From assembly GCA_038321865.1 (NCBI GenBank), contig JBBQFH010000019.1:1-55240 (forward strand): a stretch of DNA of 55,240 nucleotides, given 5' to 3'. Position numbers and translations under genes: made by a program. The notes below the pieces were generated by a model. It was given only the letters and a program-made list of their open reading frames with translations, was not told where the DNA came from and made no database searches. This DNA comes from Gemmatimonadales bacterium (lineage in GTDB: Bacteria; Gemmatimonadota; Gemmatimonadetes; Gemmatimonadales; GWC2-71-9). Below, piece by piece: positions 9,677 through 18,778 of the stretch (its first letter is position 1; each line of letters starts with the position of its first letter).

Positions 9677-10126
9677 ATGCGCCTCGCTCCGCTCGCCCTC
9701 CTGGTCCTGCTCGGGGCCGGTTGCGCCCGCCCCGCCGCCCCGTCTGCCGCGACGTACTTCCCGCTGGCCGGGCGCCCGGAGCTTCCGTTTTCCGAAGTCG
9801 TGCAGGTCGGCACGCTGCTCTTCGTCTCCGGCCAGATCGGGATGGACAGCACCGGGCGCACGCTGGCGCCGGGCGGAATCGGCCCGGAGACGGCTCAGGC
9901 GCTGGCCAATCTGCGGACGGTGCTCCTGCGGCACGGCTCGTCGATGGATCAGGTCGTCAAGTGCGCCGTCTTTCTGGCCGATCTGCGGGAGTGGAACGCC
10001 ATGAACGCCGTGTACGCTCCGCACTTTCCGCGGCATTTTCCGGCGCGTACGGCGGTCGGCGGGGTCGCACTGGTCTTCGGTGCACGTGTCGAGTTCGACT
10101 GCGTCGCGGTCGTGCCCTCCCGCTAG
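9677..10126 (+). CDS. RidA/YjgF-family protein with lipoprotein signal
   Basis: LPFS, LFVSGQIG, MNAVY, FPART, VEFDC; lipobox GAGC. Confidence 0.92.
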   Translation: MRLAPLALLVLLGAGCARPAAPSAATYFPLAGRPELPFSEVVQVGTLLFVSGQIGMDSTGRTLAPGGIGPETAQALANLRTVLLRHGSSMDQVVKCAVFLADLREWNAMNAVYAPHFPRHFPARTAVGGVALVFGARVEFDCVAVVPSR

Positions 10127-10156
10127 CACTCGTTCGCCAGCCAACCGGGAGGCCGC

Positions 10157-10759
10157 ATGGGAACTCGTGATCCGCGCGTCGATGCCTACATCGCGAAATC
10201 GGCGCCCTTCGCCCGCCCGGTGCTCACCCACCTCCGCGAGCTGGTCCACGCCGCCTGTCCCGAGGCGACCGAGACGCTCAAGTGGAGCATGCCGGCGTTC
10301 ATGTACGAAGGCATTCTCTGCATCATGGCCGCCTTCAAGGCGCACTGCACCTTCGGCTTCTGGAAGGGCGCACTGATCGTGGACCCCGCGGGGCAGCCGG
10401 CCAGGATGGCCATGGGGCAGTTCGGGCGAATCACCGGCGTGGCCGATCTGCCCCCGAAGCGGGTGCTCGCCGCGTACGTCAAGCAGGCGATGCGGCTCAA
10501 CGAAGGGGGCGTCGAGCCGCCGCCGCGCCCGACCAAGGCGAAGAAACCGTTGCGGGTCCCACCCGCGCTCGCCGCGGCGCTGAAGCGAAACCGTGCGGCG
10601 CGCGCCACGTTCGATGGTTTCAGTCCGAGCAACAAGCGCGAGTACGTGGAATGGATCACGGAGGCCAAGACCGAGGCCACGCGGCAGCGACGGCTCGACA
10701 CCGCGATGGAGTGGATGGCCGAGGGCAAGGCGCGGCACTGGAAGTATCAGAACTGCTGA
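10157..10759 (+). CDS. YdeI/OmpD-associated protein (DUF1801 + OmdA domains)
   Basis: DPRVDAYI, ETLKWSMP, FGFWKG, REYVEWITEAKTEATRQRR. Confidence 0.88.
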   Translation: MGTRDPRVDAYIAKSAPFARPVLTHLRELVHAACPEATETLKWSMPAFMYEGILCIMAAFKAHCTFGFWKGALIVDPAGQPARMAMGQFGRITGVADLPPKRVLAAYVKQAMRLNEGGVEPPPRPTKAKKPLRVPPALAAALKRNRAARATFDGFSPSNKREYVEWITEAKTEATRQRRLDTAMEWMAEGKARHWKYQNC

Positions 10760-10774
10760 TCGGGGGGTCTGCGA

Positions 10775-11218
10775 ATGCGCACGTTGCACCGGCCGGCCGA
10801 TCGCGCGGAGATTCTGTCGCGGGCACAACGTCTGTCCTCGGTCACGCCCGCCCGCTGGGGGCGGCTTACCGCCCCGCAGATGGTCACGCACATCACCGAC
10901 GCCATCCGGATGGCGACCGGGAGTCTGCCGGTACCGTCGAAGCGCATGGTGGTGCGCTTCCCGCCGCTCAAGCAGCTCCTCGTCTACCTGCTCCCGATGC
11001 CGAAGGGGCTGCCAACGGCGCCGGCGCTGCTGGCGCGAGCGCCCGCCGAGTGGGGCAGCGAACTCACCCAGCTGGCGGCAGAGCTCGACGCGTTTGGCCG
11101 GCACCCCGCGGGGGGTCCCTGGCCGGTTCATCCCGCCTTCGGCACGCTCTCACGGCGGGCCTGGGGCGTGCTCGCGTACCGCCACGTCAATCATCATCTG
11201 CGCCAGTTTGGCGTATAG
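10775..11218 (+). CDS. DUF1569 / DinB-like protein
   Basis: WGRLTAPQMVTH, HPAFG.LS...WG, HVNHHLRQFG. Confidence 0.88.
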   Translation: MRTLHRPADRAEILSRAQRLSSVTPARWGRLTAPQMVTHITDAIRMATGSLPVPSKRMVVRFPPLKQLLVYLLPMPKGLPTAPALLARAPAEWGSELTQLAAELDAFGRHPAGGPWPVHPAFGTLSRRAWGVLAYRHVNHHLRQFGV

Positions 11219-11227
11219 GAGTTCATC

Positions 11228-11479
11228 ATGGCCACATGTGATGTCTGCGGGAATGACTACGCCCGCGCCTTCCAGGTCGTGCTCGGCGGCGCCACGCACA
11301 CTTTCGACAGCTTCGAATGCGCGATCCACAAGCTCGCCCCGCTCTGCGGCCATTGCCGCTGCAAGGTGATCGGTCACGGTGTCGAGGCGAAGGGCACAGT
11401 GTACTGCTGCGCCCACTGCGCGCACCACGCCGGCGCCAAGGGACTGGTGGACAACGCGGCGCACGCCCGGCCGCAGTGA
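11228..11479 (+). CDS. Cys/His-rich metal-binding protein (metallothionein/TRASH-like)
   Basis: 9 Cys and 8 His in 83 aa: CDVC, FDSFEC, CGHCRC, YCCAHC; AGGAG RBS. Confidence 0.82.
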   Translation: MATCDVCGNDYARAFQVVLGGATHTFDSFECAIHKLAPLCGHCRCKVIGHGVEAKGTVYCCAHCAHHAGAKGLVDNAAHARPQ

Positions 11480-11549
11480 CCTCAGGCGCTGCACCTTCGA
11501 CTGGACACTCGACGATGAGCCACAATCCATCACCTGGGAGCTCGAGGCC

Positions 11550-12077
11550 ATGACCGCTGGTATCGCAATGCTGGTGCTGCGGCTGCTGCACATCCTTGCC
11601 GGTGCGGCGTGGGTGGGCATGGCGCTGTTCGTCGGCGGCTTTCTCATACCGGCCCTTCGCGCGATCGGCCCCGCCGGCGGACCGGTCATGCAGCAGATTG
11701 GCCAGGTGCGCCGGCTGCCCGCGTGGATAATGACCGTAGCGTTGCTGACGGTGGCGTCAGGGTTCGGACTCTACTGGCGCGACTCGGTCGGTTTCAGCTC
11801 GGCGGAGTGGCTCGGCTCCGGCATGGGCCGGACCATGGGTGCCGGCGGGATCGTCGCACTGATCGCCATGATTTACGGCATGACGGTCGTCTCGCCGATG
11901 GGGAAGCGCATGGCCGCGCTCGCCGACGCGATGCAGCAGGCGGGCGGGCCGCCGCCGGCTGACCGTGTCGCCGAGATGCAGCGCCTCCAGGCGCGCATGG
12001 GAAAGGCGAGCGTGGTCGTCGGTGTCGTGCTCGTGCTCGCGACGTCGCTCATGGCCGTCGCGCGCTACGTGGTCTGA
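11550..12077 (+). CDS. Four-TM membrane protein (CopD/DUF2269-like)
   Basis: LRLLHILAGAAWVG motif; four TM helices. Confidence 0.75.
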   Translation: MTAGIAMLVLRLLHILAGAAWVGMALFVGGFLIPALRAIGPAGGPVMQQIGQVRRLPAWIMTVALLTVASGFGLYWRDSVGFSSAEWLGSGMGRTMGAGGIVALIAMIYGMTVVSPMGKRMAALADAMQQAGGPPPADRVAEMQRLQARMGKASVVVGVVLVLATSLMAVARYVV

Positions 12078-12089
12078 GTTGCCCAGCCG

Positions 12090-12557
12090 ATGAATCGGAC
12101 GGCGATGATGGGCCTGACGGCGCTGCTCGTGCTCCCGGCATGCGGCGGCGGTCCGCGCGCGGGCGTGGTGTCGCCGCAGGCGCTGCCTCGCCCGGACCGC
12201 GCCGCCGCCTGCTACTCGCTGACCTACAGCGAATCCGGCCTGTCGGCGCGGCTCCCCCGGATCATCGCGCTGGACAAGGGCGGCGGGTCGGGCCGGGCAT
12301 TCTGGTTTCCCGCCAGCCGCGGCGATACGACGTGGCGCGCGTTCTACGCGGGCGGGCGCTGGCAGCGGCGCGGCCGCGGCCACGTCGTCGTGACGTTTCG
12401 ACACGAGTCGGTCAGGGCCGGCCTGGACCTGGCGCAGCAGGAATCAGCCGTCGTCGGCCGGGCCACGCTGTCGGCTGACGGCGCCGAGCGGGAGACGACG
12501 CTCCAGGCCCAGCACGTCAGCTGTCCGGCGCCTCCGGCTTCGGCCGAGTCACGCTGA
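12090..12557 (+). CDS. Hypothetical lipoprotein
   Basis: Lipobox LPAC; TGATG overlap with the next gene. Confidence 0.65.
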   Translation: MNRTAMMGLTALLVLPACGGGPRAGVVSPQALPRPDRAAACYSLTYSESGLSARLPRIIALDKGGGSGRAFWFPASRGDTTWRAFYAGGRWQRRGRGHVVVTFRHESVRAGLDLAQQESAVVGRATLSADGAERETTLQAQHVSCPAPPASAESR

Positions 12558-13003
12558 TGGCGATCTCCCGCGCCGCCACCGTCCAGGACTACCTCGCCGA
12601 GCTGCCGGCCGACCGCCGGGCGATCGTCGCGGCAGTACGGGACGTGATTCGGAAGCATCTGCCGAAGGGCTATGTCGAGCAGATGAGCTTCGGGATGATC
12701 GGGTACAACGTCCCGCTCTCGCGGCTGCCCAACACCTTCAACAAGCAGCCGCTGTGCTATGCCGGTCTCGCGTCGCAGAAGAACTACTGCTCGCTCTATC
12801 TGATGACGGTGTATGGAGACCCGGTGCAGGCGGCCTGGTTCAAGTCGGAATTCAAGAAGGCCGGCAAGAAGCTCGACATGGGCAAGTCGTGTGTCCGCTT
12901 CAAGCAGCTCGATGATCTGCCGCTGCCGCTGATCGGCCAGGTCATCGCGGCGACGCCGATGGAGCGCTACGTCGAGATCTACGAGGCGAGCCGGAAAAAG
13001 TGA
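12557..13003 (+). CDS. DUF1801 (YdhG-like) domain protein
   Basis: TVQDYLAELP, LASQKNYCSLY, LDMGKSCVRFK. Confidence 0.9.
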   Translation: MAISRAATVQDYLAELPADRRAIVAAVRDVIRKHLPKGYVEQMSFGMIGYNVPLSRLPNTFNKQPLCYAGLASQKNYCSLYLMTVYGDPVQAAWFKSEFKKAGKKLDMGKSCVRFKQLDDLPLPLIGQVIAATPMERYVEIYEASRKK

Positions 13004-14256
13004 TGCGCCTCGCCCGCCTGGGGCGGAACCTCACCGTGCAGGTCCTCACCGCCATCGCCTGCGGCGCACTCCTCGGCGCGCTCGCGCCCGAGGCGGGCCG
13101 GGCGATGCGCCCCATCGGGGACACATTCGTCAATCTGGTCCGGATGATCATCACGCCGGTCATCTTCCTCACCATCGTGCTCGGCATCGCCCACAGCGCA
13201 GATCTCAGGAAGGTCGGCCGCGTCGGGCTCAAGGCGCTCGTCTATTTCGAGATCATCACCACCTTCGCGCTCGGCATCGGCCTGGCCGTGATGAACCTGG
13301 CGCACCCCGGCGCGGGCATCGACGCCTCCCGGATCGGCGGCGGTGACGTCTCCCGCTATGCCGCCCAGGCGAAGGAGATGCACGTCGTCGATCTGCTCAC
13401 GCACATCGTGCCGTCGAGCGTGGTCGGGGCATTCGCCCAGGGCGACGTGCTGCAGGTCGTGTTCTTCTCGCTCATGTTCGGAGTCGCGCTGGTCGCTGCC
13501 GGCACCGCCGCGCGCCCAGTCACCGTCTTTCTCGACGGCCTCTCCCGCGTGGTGTTCCAGATCGTGCACCTGGTCATGGCGGTGGCTCCGATCGGCGCAT
13601 TCGGCGCCATGGCCTACACCATCGGCACGTTCGGCATCGGCACCCTGCTCACCCTCGGCCGCCTCATGGGGGCCGTCTACCTCACGATGGCCCTGTTCAT
13701 CTTCGTGGTGCTCAACCTGGTGGCGCGGCTCGCGCGCTTCAGCCTGTGGGACCTCCTCCGCTACATCCGGCAGGAGATCGTGATCGTGCTCGGCACGTCA
13801 TCGAGCGAGGCCGTGCTGCCGCGGATGATCGACAAGATGGAGCGCTATGGCTGCGCCGGGCCGGTCGTCGGGCTGGTCATCCCCGCCGGATATTCCTTCA
13901 ACCTCGACGGCACCGCGATCTATCTCTCGATGGCCACGCTGTTCATCGCCCAGGCGTACGGCGTTCACCTCAGCATCGGGCAGCAGCTCAGCGTGCTCGC
14001 CATCCTGATGGTGACGTCGAAGGGCGCAGCGGGTGTGACGGGGTCGGGATTCGTCGTGCTGGCCAGCACGCTGGGCGCACTGCGGGTAGTGCCGGTCGAG
14101 GGAGTGGCGCTTGTGCTCGGTGTCGACCGCTTCATGAGCGAGGCGCGGGCCATCACCAATCTGATCGGCAATGCGGTCGCCACGGTGGTGATCGCGAAGA
14201 GCGAGGGGGCCTTCGACGAAACCAGGCACCGCGCCGCCATCGCCGAGTCCGCGTGA
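13003..14256 (+). CDS. dctA: C4-dicarboxylate/amino acid:cation symporter
   Basis: LGTSSSE, VIPAGYSFNLDGT, TSKGAAGVTGSGF, DRFMSEARA. Confidence 0.93.
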   Translation: MRLARLGRNLTVQVLTAIACGALLGALAPEAGRAMRPIGDTFVNLVRMIITPVIFLTIVLGIAHSADLRKVGRVGLKALVYFEIITTFALGIGLAVMNLAHPGAGIDASRIGGGDVSRYAAQAKEMHVVDLLTHIVPSSVVGAFAQGDVLQVVFFSLMFGVALVAAGTAARPVTVFLDGLSRVVFQIVHLVMAVAPIGAFGAMAYTIGTFGIGTLLTLGRLMGAVYLTMALFIFVVLNLVARLARFSLWDLLRYIRQEIVIVLGTSSSEAVLPRMIDKMERYGCAGPVVGLVIPAGYSFNLDGTAIYLSMATLFIAQAYGVHLSIGQQLSVLAILMVTSKGAAGVTGSGFVVLASTLGALRVVPVEGVALVLGVDRFMSEARAITNLIGNAVATVVIAKSEGAFDETRHRAAIAESA

Positions 14257-15557
14257 CGGCCCCGGCCGGGCGTACGCTCGCACGGGTGCTGACCGCCCCA
14301 GACCTGACGGCGTTCACGATCAACAGCATCATCGGGGCGGGCATCTTCGGCATCCCGGCGATTCTCGCCGCACGGGTGGGCGCCTTCAGCTGGGTCGCCA
14401 TGCTGATCGCAGCCGCGGTGGTGGCGCTGATCGCGCTCTGCTTTGCCGAGATGGGCAGCGCGTTCGGCGGCACCGGCGGGCCCTACCTGTACGCGCGCCA
14501 CGTCTTCGGGCCGGCAGCGGGGTTTCAGGTCGGCTGGCTGATGTGGATCGCCCGGCTCACCGGCTTCGCGTCCGTCACCAACCTGTTCGTCAACTATCTC
14601 GGCTACTTCGTGCCGGGTGCGTCGGGCGGCATCGTGCGCGCGGGCATCATCGTGGCGCTCACGGTCGCATTCACCATCATCAACCTGATCGGCGTGCGGC
14701 AGGCCGCGACGGTGGCCAACCTCCTCACCATCGCCAAGCTCGTCCCGCTGACGCTCTTCGTGGTGGTCGGCCTGGCGTTCATCAACGGGTCGCGACTGCT
14801 GCCCGCCACGCCGGTGCGCGCAGTGCCGCTGCTGGGGGCCGTCATGCTGGCGGTGTACGCGTTCAGCGGCTTCTAGCTCATCGCCGTCCCGGCCGGCGAG
14901 GTCCGGGACCCCGTGCGGACGGTCCCGCTGTCGCTGTTCGCCGCACTCGCCGTGGTGGCGGTGCTGTATGTCGGCGTGCAGATCGTCTGCGTCGGCCTCC
15001 TGCCGGATCTGGCCGGGACTGACCGGCCGCTGGCCGCGGCCGCGGACACCGCCCTCGGTCCCGCGGCGGCGCGGGTCATGGTGGTGGGGGCGCTGCTGTC
15101 CACGCTCGGCGTCGCGCACACGATCGTGCTCGCCGCCGCACGATTGCCGTTCGCCATGGCGGAGCAGGGCCAGCTGCCGGCAGCACTTGCCGCGGTGCAC
15201 CCCCGGTATCGCACGCCTCATGTCAGCCTGGTGCTGTCCACGGCCTGCATGCTGGCGTTCACGCTGGTGACCACGTTCACCACCGCCGTAACCCTGACGG
15301 TCGGCTTCCGCGTGCTGGTGTACCTGATCACCTGCGCTGCATTGCCGGCGCTCCGCCGCCGCGCAGCCGGCCCGAGGGCCGCGTTTCGGCTCCCGGCCGG
15401 GGACGTGATCGCCGCCGCCGGCGTGCTGCTGTGCGTCACGCTGCTGGCGTTTCGGCCATGGAAGGAGACCAGCCAGCTCCTCCTCGCCGTGGCCGCCGGG
15501 TTCGTCATCTATTTCCTGGCCAGGCCGGGACGCCGGTTGGAGGCGATCGATGGATAA
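14253..15557 (+). pseudogene. APC-family amino acid permease interrupted by one in-frame TAG (14874-14876)
   Basis: Both halves are in one frame: IIGAGIF, GGPYLYA, then YAFSGF*LIAVPAGEVRDP where the family has GFE; HPRYRTP follows; 434 codons in total. Confidence 0.88.
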
Positions 15558-15912
15558 GGTGAATCTGGCCGCGAAGCTCGCCCTGATCGGCGAGCACTGG
15601 CGGCCCAGGGTGGTGGCCGAGCTCAATGGCCAGGAAGTGAAGCTGGTGAAGCTGCAGGGTGAATTCGTCTGGCATCAGCACGAACGCGAGGATGAACTGT
15701 TCCTCGTCGTTCGCGGTCGGCTGCGCCTCGAGTTTCGGGATCAGGTTGTCGTGCTCGATCCCGGCGAATTCGTCGTCGTTCCGCACGGGGTGGAGCACCG
15801 CCCGGTCGCAGACGAGGAGGTCGAGCTCCTCCTCTTCGAGCCGGCAGCCACGCGGAACACCGGAGACGTGGATCACCCCACGCTGACGGCGCCGGACGGC
15901 ATCCGGCTGTGA
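15550..15912 (+). CDS. Cupin domain protein
   Basis: FVWHQHEREDELF, VVPHGVEHRP. Confidence 0.92.
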   Translation: MDKVNLAAKLALIGEHWRPRVVAELNGQEVKLVKLQGEFVWHQHEREDELFLVVRGRLRLEFRDQVVVLDPGEFVVVPHGVEHRPVADEEVELLLFEPAATRNTGDVDHPTLTAPDGIRL

Positions 15913-16715
15913 TCCGGTGGCCGGCATGGATCGCCGCCTGGCTGCTGGCCGGCTGCCACGGCGCCACGCCGTCCGTAGTGCCGGAGCGGGCGCTGCCGGG
16001 GAGCTTCACGGACCGGTCGGTCGTCGTGGAGCACGCCAGCTATCGCTACAAGCTCTTCGTGCCACCGGAGTACACCGCGTCGCGCCGGTGGCCGGTCGTA
16101 CTCTTTCTGCACGGCATGGGCGAGCGCGGCAGCGACAACGAGCGGCCCGCGCACTACTCCCTCGGCGCCTGGCTCAAGGGACATGGTGAGAATCTTCCGG
16201 CCATTGTCGTGATTCCGCAGGTTCCAGCCGACAGCTACTGGACTGGTCAGCCGGCCCGGGCGGCGCTCGCAGCGCTCGAGCGTACCGTGCGCGAGCTGCA
16301 GGGCGATCGCCGGAGACTCTATCTGACGGGACTCTCCATGGGCGGCTACGGCTCGTGGGAGATGCTCATCGGCCACCGCGGGCTGTTCGCGGCGGCGGCC
16401 GTGATCTGCGGCGGGATCGTGGCGCCGGGCTGGGACAGTCTGCTCCGGGTGCGAACCATCCCGGCGGGAACAGCAGACCCGTACGCCTACGTGGCGCGAC
16501 AGGTGGGGAACATCCCCGTCTGGCTTTTCCATGGCGCCGCGGACAACACCGTTCCGGTGACGGAGTCACGCCGGATGGCCGGCGCGCTCCGGCGGATCGG
16601 CAACACGATGAGCCGCTACACCGAATATCCGGACGGCGGCCACAACGTGTGGGACCGGGCCTATGCCGACCCCGGGTTGTGGCGCTGGATGTTCGCCCAG
16701 CGACGGAGCAGGTGA
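15909..16715 (+). CDS. Alpha/beta-hydrolase (esterase/peptidase) lipoprotein
   Basis: Lipobox LAGC; FLHGMGERG, GLSMGG, FHGAADNTV, GHNVW. Confidence 0.9.
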   Translation: MIRWPAWIAAWLLAGCHGATPSVVPERALPGSFTDRSVVVEHASYRYKLFVPPEYTASRRWPVVLFLHGMGERGSDNERPAHYSLGAWLKGHGENLPAIVVIPQVPADSYWTGQPARAALAALERTVRELQGDRRRLYLTGLSMGGYGSWEMLIGHRGLFAAAAVICGGIVAPGWDSLLRVRTIPAGTADPYAYVARQVGNIPVWLFHGAADNTVPVTESRRMAGALRRIGNTMSRYTEYPDGGHNVWDRAYADPGLWRWMFAQRRSR

Positions 16716-16755
16716 GCGCCGGTTATCTTGCAGGTCCCTCCGACTCGACGGATTC

Positions 16756-16974
16756 ATGCCTCTGCGCCGTGCCGTCCTGATTGCTCTGATCGCATCTGGC
16801 GCCTGCGGCCCGGGCAACAAGCCGCACGATGCGGTTGCAAGAACGGAACGCGAGCGCGACAGCGTGCTGGGCGCCTCCAGGCTGGCGGGCGCTACGGGTG
16901 TGAAGGGCGCACTCCGGGCTTCCGATTCGGCTGCCGCCAGGCGGGTACGAGAGGATAGCGCCGGACAACCCTGA
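16756..16974 (+). CDS. Small lipoprotein (72 aa)
   Basis: Signal peptide ending GAC; TERERDSVLGASRLAGA. Confidence 0.65.
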   Translation: MPLRRAVLIALIASGACGPGNKPHDAVARTERERDSVLGASRLAGATGVKGALRASDSAAARRVREDSAGQP

Positions 16975-17128
16975 GGCCCGGCGCTCCCGGGGCAGGACGC
17001 CGCCTTCGCCGCGCGATGCCCGGCGCAGGGGGTTCCACCGAGGCCTCGAATGGGGGTTTGATCGGCGCCAGCGGCATTCGCAGGTCTGGGCTCAAACATG
17101 CAGGAGATCCCCGGGGAGGCACTCGCCA

Positions 17129-17452
17129 ATGCGGATCACGACCCTGATTCTGGTGCTGTTTTTCGGCGGTATATTGCTTGGCGCAGCATCGTGGGCGCTG
17201 GCCTCCGGGCAGGTGAGCACCCTGCTGGGCGCGCCGCCGCCGGTCATGGGCCGTTCGACCACCACCTTCGTCTACAAGGGCGAACCCAGCATCAAGGGCC
17301 ATCCGCGGGTGTGGAAATTCACCTTCGGCCCGACCGTCATTCCGGGCGCGCCGCGGGTCCGGATTTTCGTGGACCCCATGGGGCACCTGGTTCGTACCGA
17401 TCCGGCCAACCTGGCGGAGCTGGTCCACAAGTTCGATTCCAAGGGATATTGA
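17129..17452 (+). CDS. Hypothetical exported or membrane-anchored protein
   Basis: GGAGG RBS; N-terminal hydrophobic helix; GC3-biased codons. Confidence 0.75.
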   Translation: MRITTLILVLFFGGILLGAASWALASGQVSTLLGAPPPVMGRSTTTFVYKGEPSIKGHPRVWKFTFGPTVIPGAPRVRIFVDPMGHLVRTDPANLAELVHKFDSKGY

Positions 17453-17572
17453 CGCCCGGAACGATCCCGGCGGCGCGGGTGTTCTCTATCTGAAGCGCGT
17501 CGGGACTAATTTTCAAGTTCGTGAGGGTCAACGACTTGGATTACGTTACCCCTCACATCGAAAGATCATCGA

Positions 17573-18253
17573 ATGGGTTTTACCATACGCACGGCAACGA
17601 TTTTCGCGGGGTTCGCCATCCTGGCACCGTTGCCGCGCGCGTCGGCCGAGGCCTCTCTCGACCTGAACGCTTCAGAGGCATCCGCCGCCCTGGTGTCCGC
17701 CGCCGGCAGTGCCGGCCTCCGGCCCCAGGTGCTCGAGCTGGCGCTCCGGGCGCATGAGCGAGCGGTATCCGAGCACCGGACGACGAGCCCCATCCTCACC
17801 GTCATCGACTACAGCATGGCGTCGCGCGAGCGGCGGCTTTGGGTGCTGGACGTGAGCCGCGGTGAGGTGCTGGCTCGCGAGCTGGTGGCCCACGGCAAGG
17901 CCAGCGGTGACGACCTGGCGCGCAACTTCTCGAATCAGCCCGGCAGCTATCAGACCAGTCTCGGCACCTTCATTACGGGCACGACGTATCAGGGCAAGCA
18001 CGGATTGTCGCTTCGGTTGCTGGGCCTCGATGCCGCGCTCAACTCCAATGCCGAGAGCCGCGCCATCGTGGTGCATGGCGCCGACTACGTGAACGACGCC
18101 ATCGTCGCGCAGCTCGGACGGCTCGGCCGAAGCGAAGGATGTCCGGCGCTCAATCCGGCAGCCGCACCGCGCGTGATCCGCCTGATCGCCGGCGGCACCG
18201 TCGTCTTCTCCTACTATCCCGCGGCCGCGCAGGAGCAGACGCTCTCGTCCTGA
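17573..18253 (+). CDS. Murein L,D-transpeptidase catalytic-domain protein (YkuD_2)
   Basis: VIDYS..S.ERRLWV, VAHG, FSN, RAIVVHGADY, GRSEGCPA. Confidence 0.92.
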   Translation: MGFTIRTATIFAGFAILAPLPRASAEASLDLNASEASAALVSAAGSAGLRPQVLELALRAHERAVSEHRTTSPILTVIDYSMASRERRLWVLDVSRGEVLARELVAHGKASGDDLARNFSNQPGSYQTSLGTFITGTTYQGKHGLSLRLLGLDAALNSNAESRAIVVHGADYVNDAIVAQLGRLGRSEGCPALNPAAAPRVIRLIAGGTVVFSYYPAAAQEQTLSS

Positions 18254-18286
18254 TTCCAGCTGGCGGCCCGCTCGCGCCGCCGGCCG

Positions 18287-18673
18287 CTAGAACTGCGCAA
18301 ACCCCACCGTGTTGCCTCCAGGCTCCCGCACGTATATCTCCGTACTCCCATAGAACGTCTGGTGCCGCGGCTTGACGACCGGCGCGCCCGCGAGCGCCCG
18401 CTCAATCGCGTCCAGGTCGGTGACCGTGATGAACAGGGTGATCGAGTGCCCGTCCAGGTCGGCAGCCGAGCCGGGCTGAGCCTCGAGGACGCTGGCCCGG
18501 GTCTGGTACATGAGCTCGATGCCATCCTGCTCCACGCTGGCAAAGATGAGCCGCCCGTCGGGGCCGGGCACCTGGTTGGTCAGCGTGAACCCGAAACGCC
18601 CGGTCCAGAACTCGACGCCAGGCTCCACGGCGTCAACGATGATGACCGGCGTGAGCTGTTTCATCTGAGGCAT
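18287..18673 (-). CDS. VOC/glyoxalase-family protein
   Basis: GGAGG RBS; LTPV, FW...GF, TFYGSTEIYVREPGGN. Confidence 0.88.
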   Translation of the reverse strand: MPQMKQLTPVIIVDAVEPGVEFWTGRFGFTLTNQVPGPDGRLIFASVEQDGIELMYQTRASVLEAQPGSAADLDGHSITLFITVTDLDAIERALAGAPVVKPRHQTFYGSTEIYVREPGGNTVGFAQF

Positions 18674-18778
18674 GGGCGCCCTCCAATCGGTGTGGTAAAG
18701 GTCAGGACAGCGAACATGCCGAACAAACGCCGAAGCCGCAAGTCGCGCCCGATTTCCCGCCTTTTCCGACGAGGGTCC

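Noticed and set aside
14874..14876. Pyrrolysine insertion or genome-wide TAG reassignment
   Set aside because: TAG ends many intact genes here (for example at 812, 10126, 11218, 24860, 25380); no pyl genes are in the window; the position is a conserved Glu one base away
16975..17128. Possible riboswitch or ncRNA in the intergenic gap
   Set aside because: I could not match conserved motifs of any known riboswitch or tRNA
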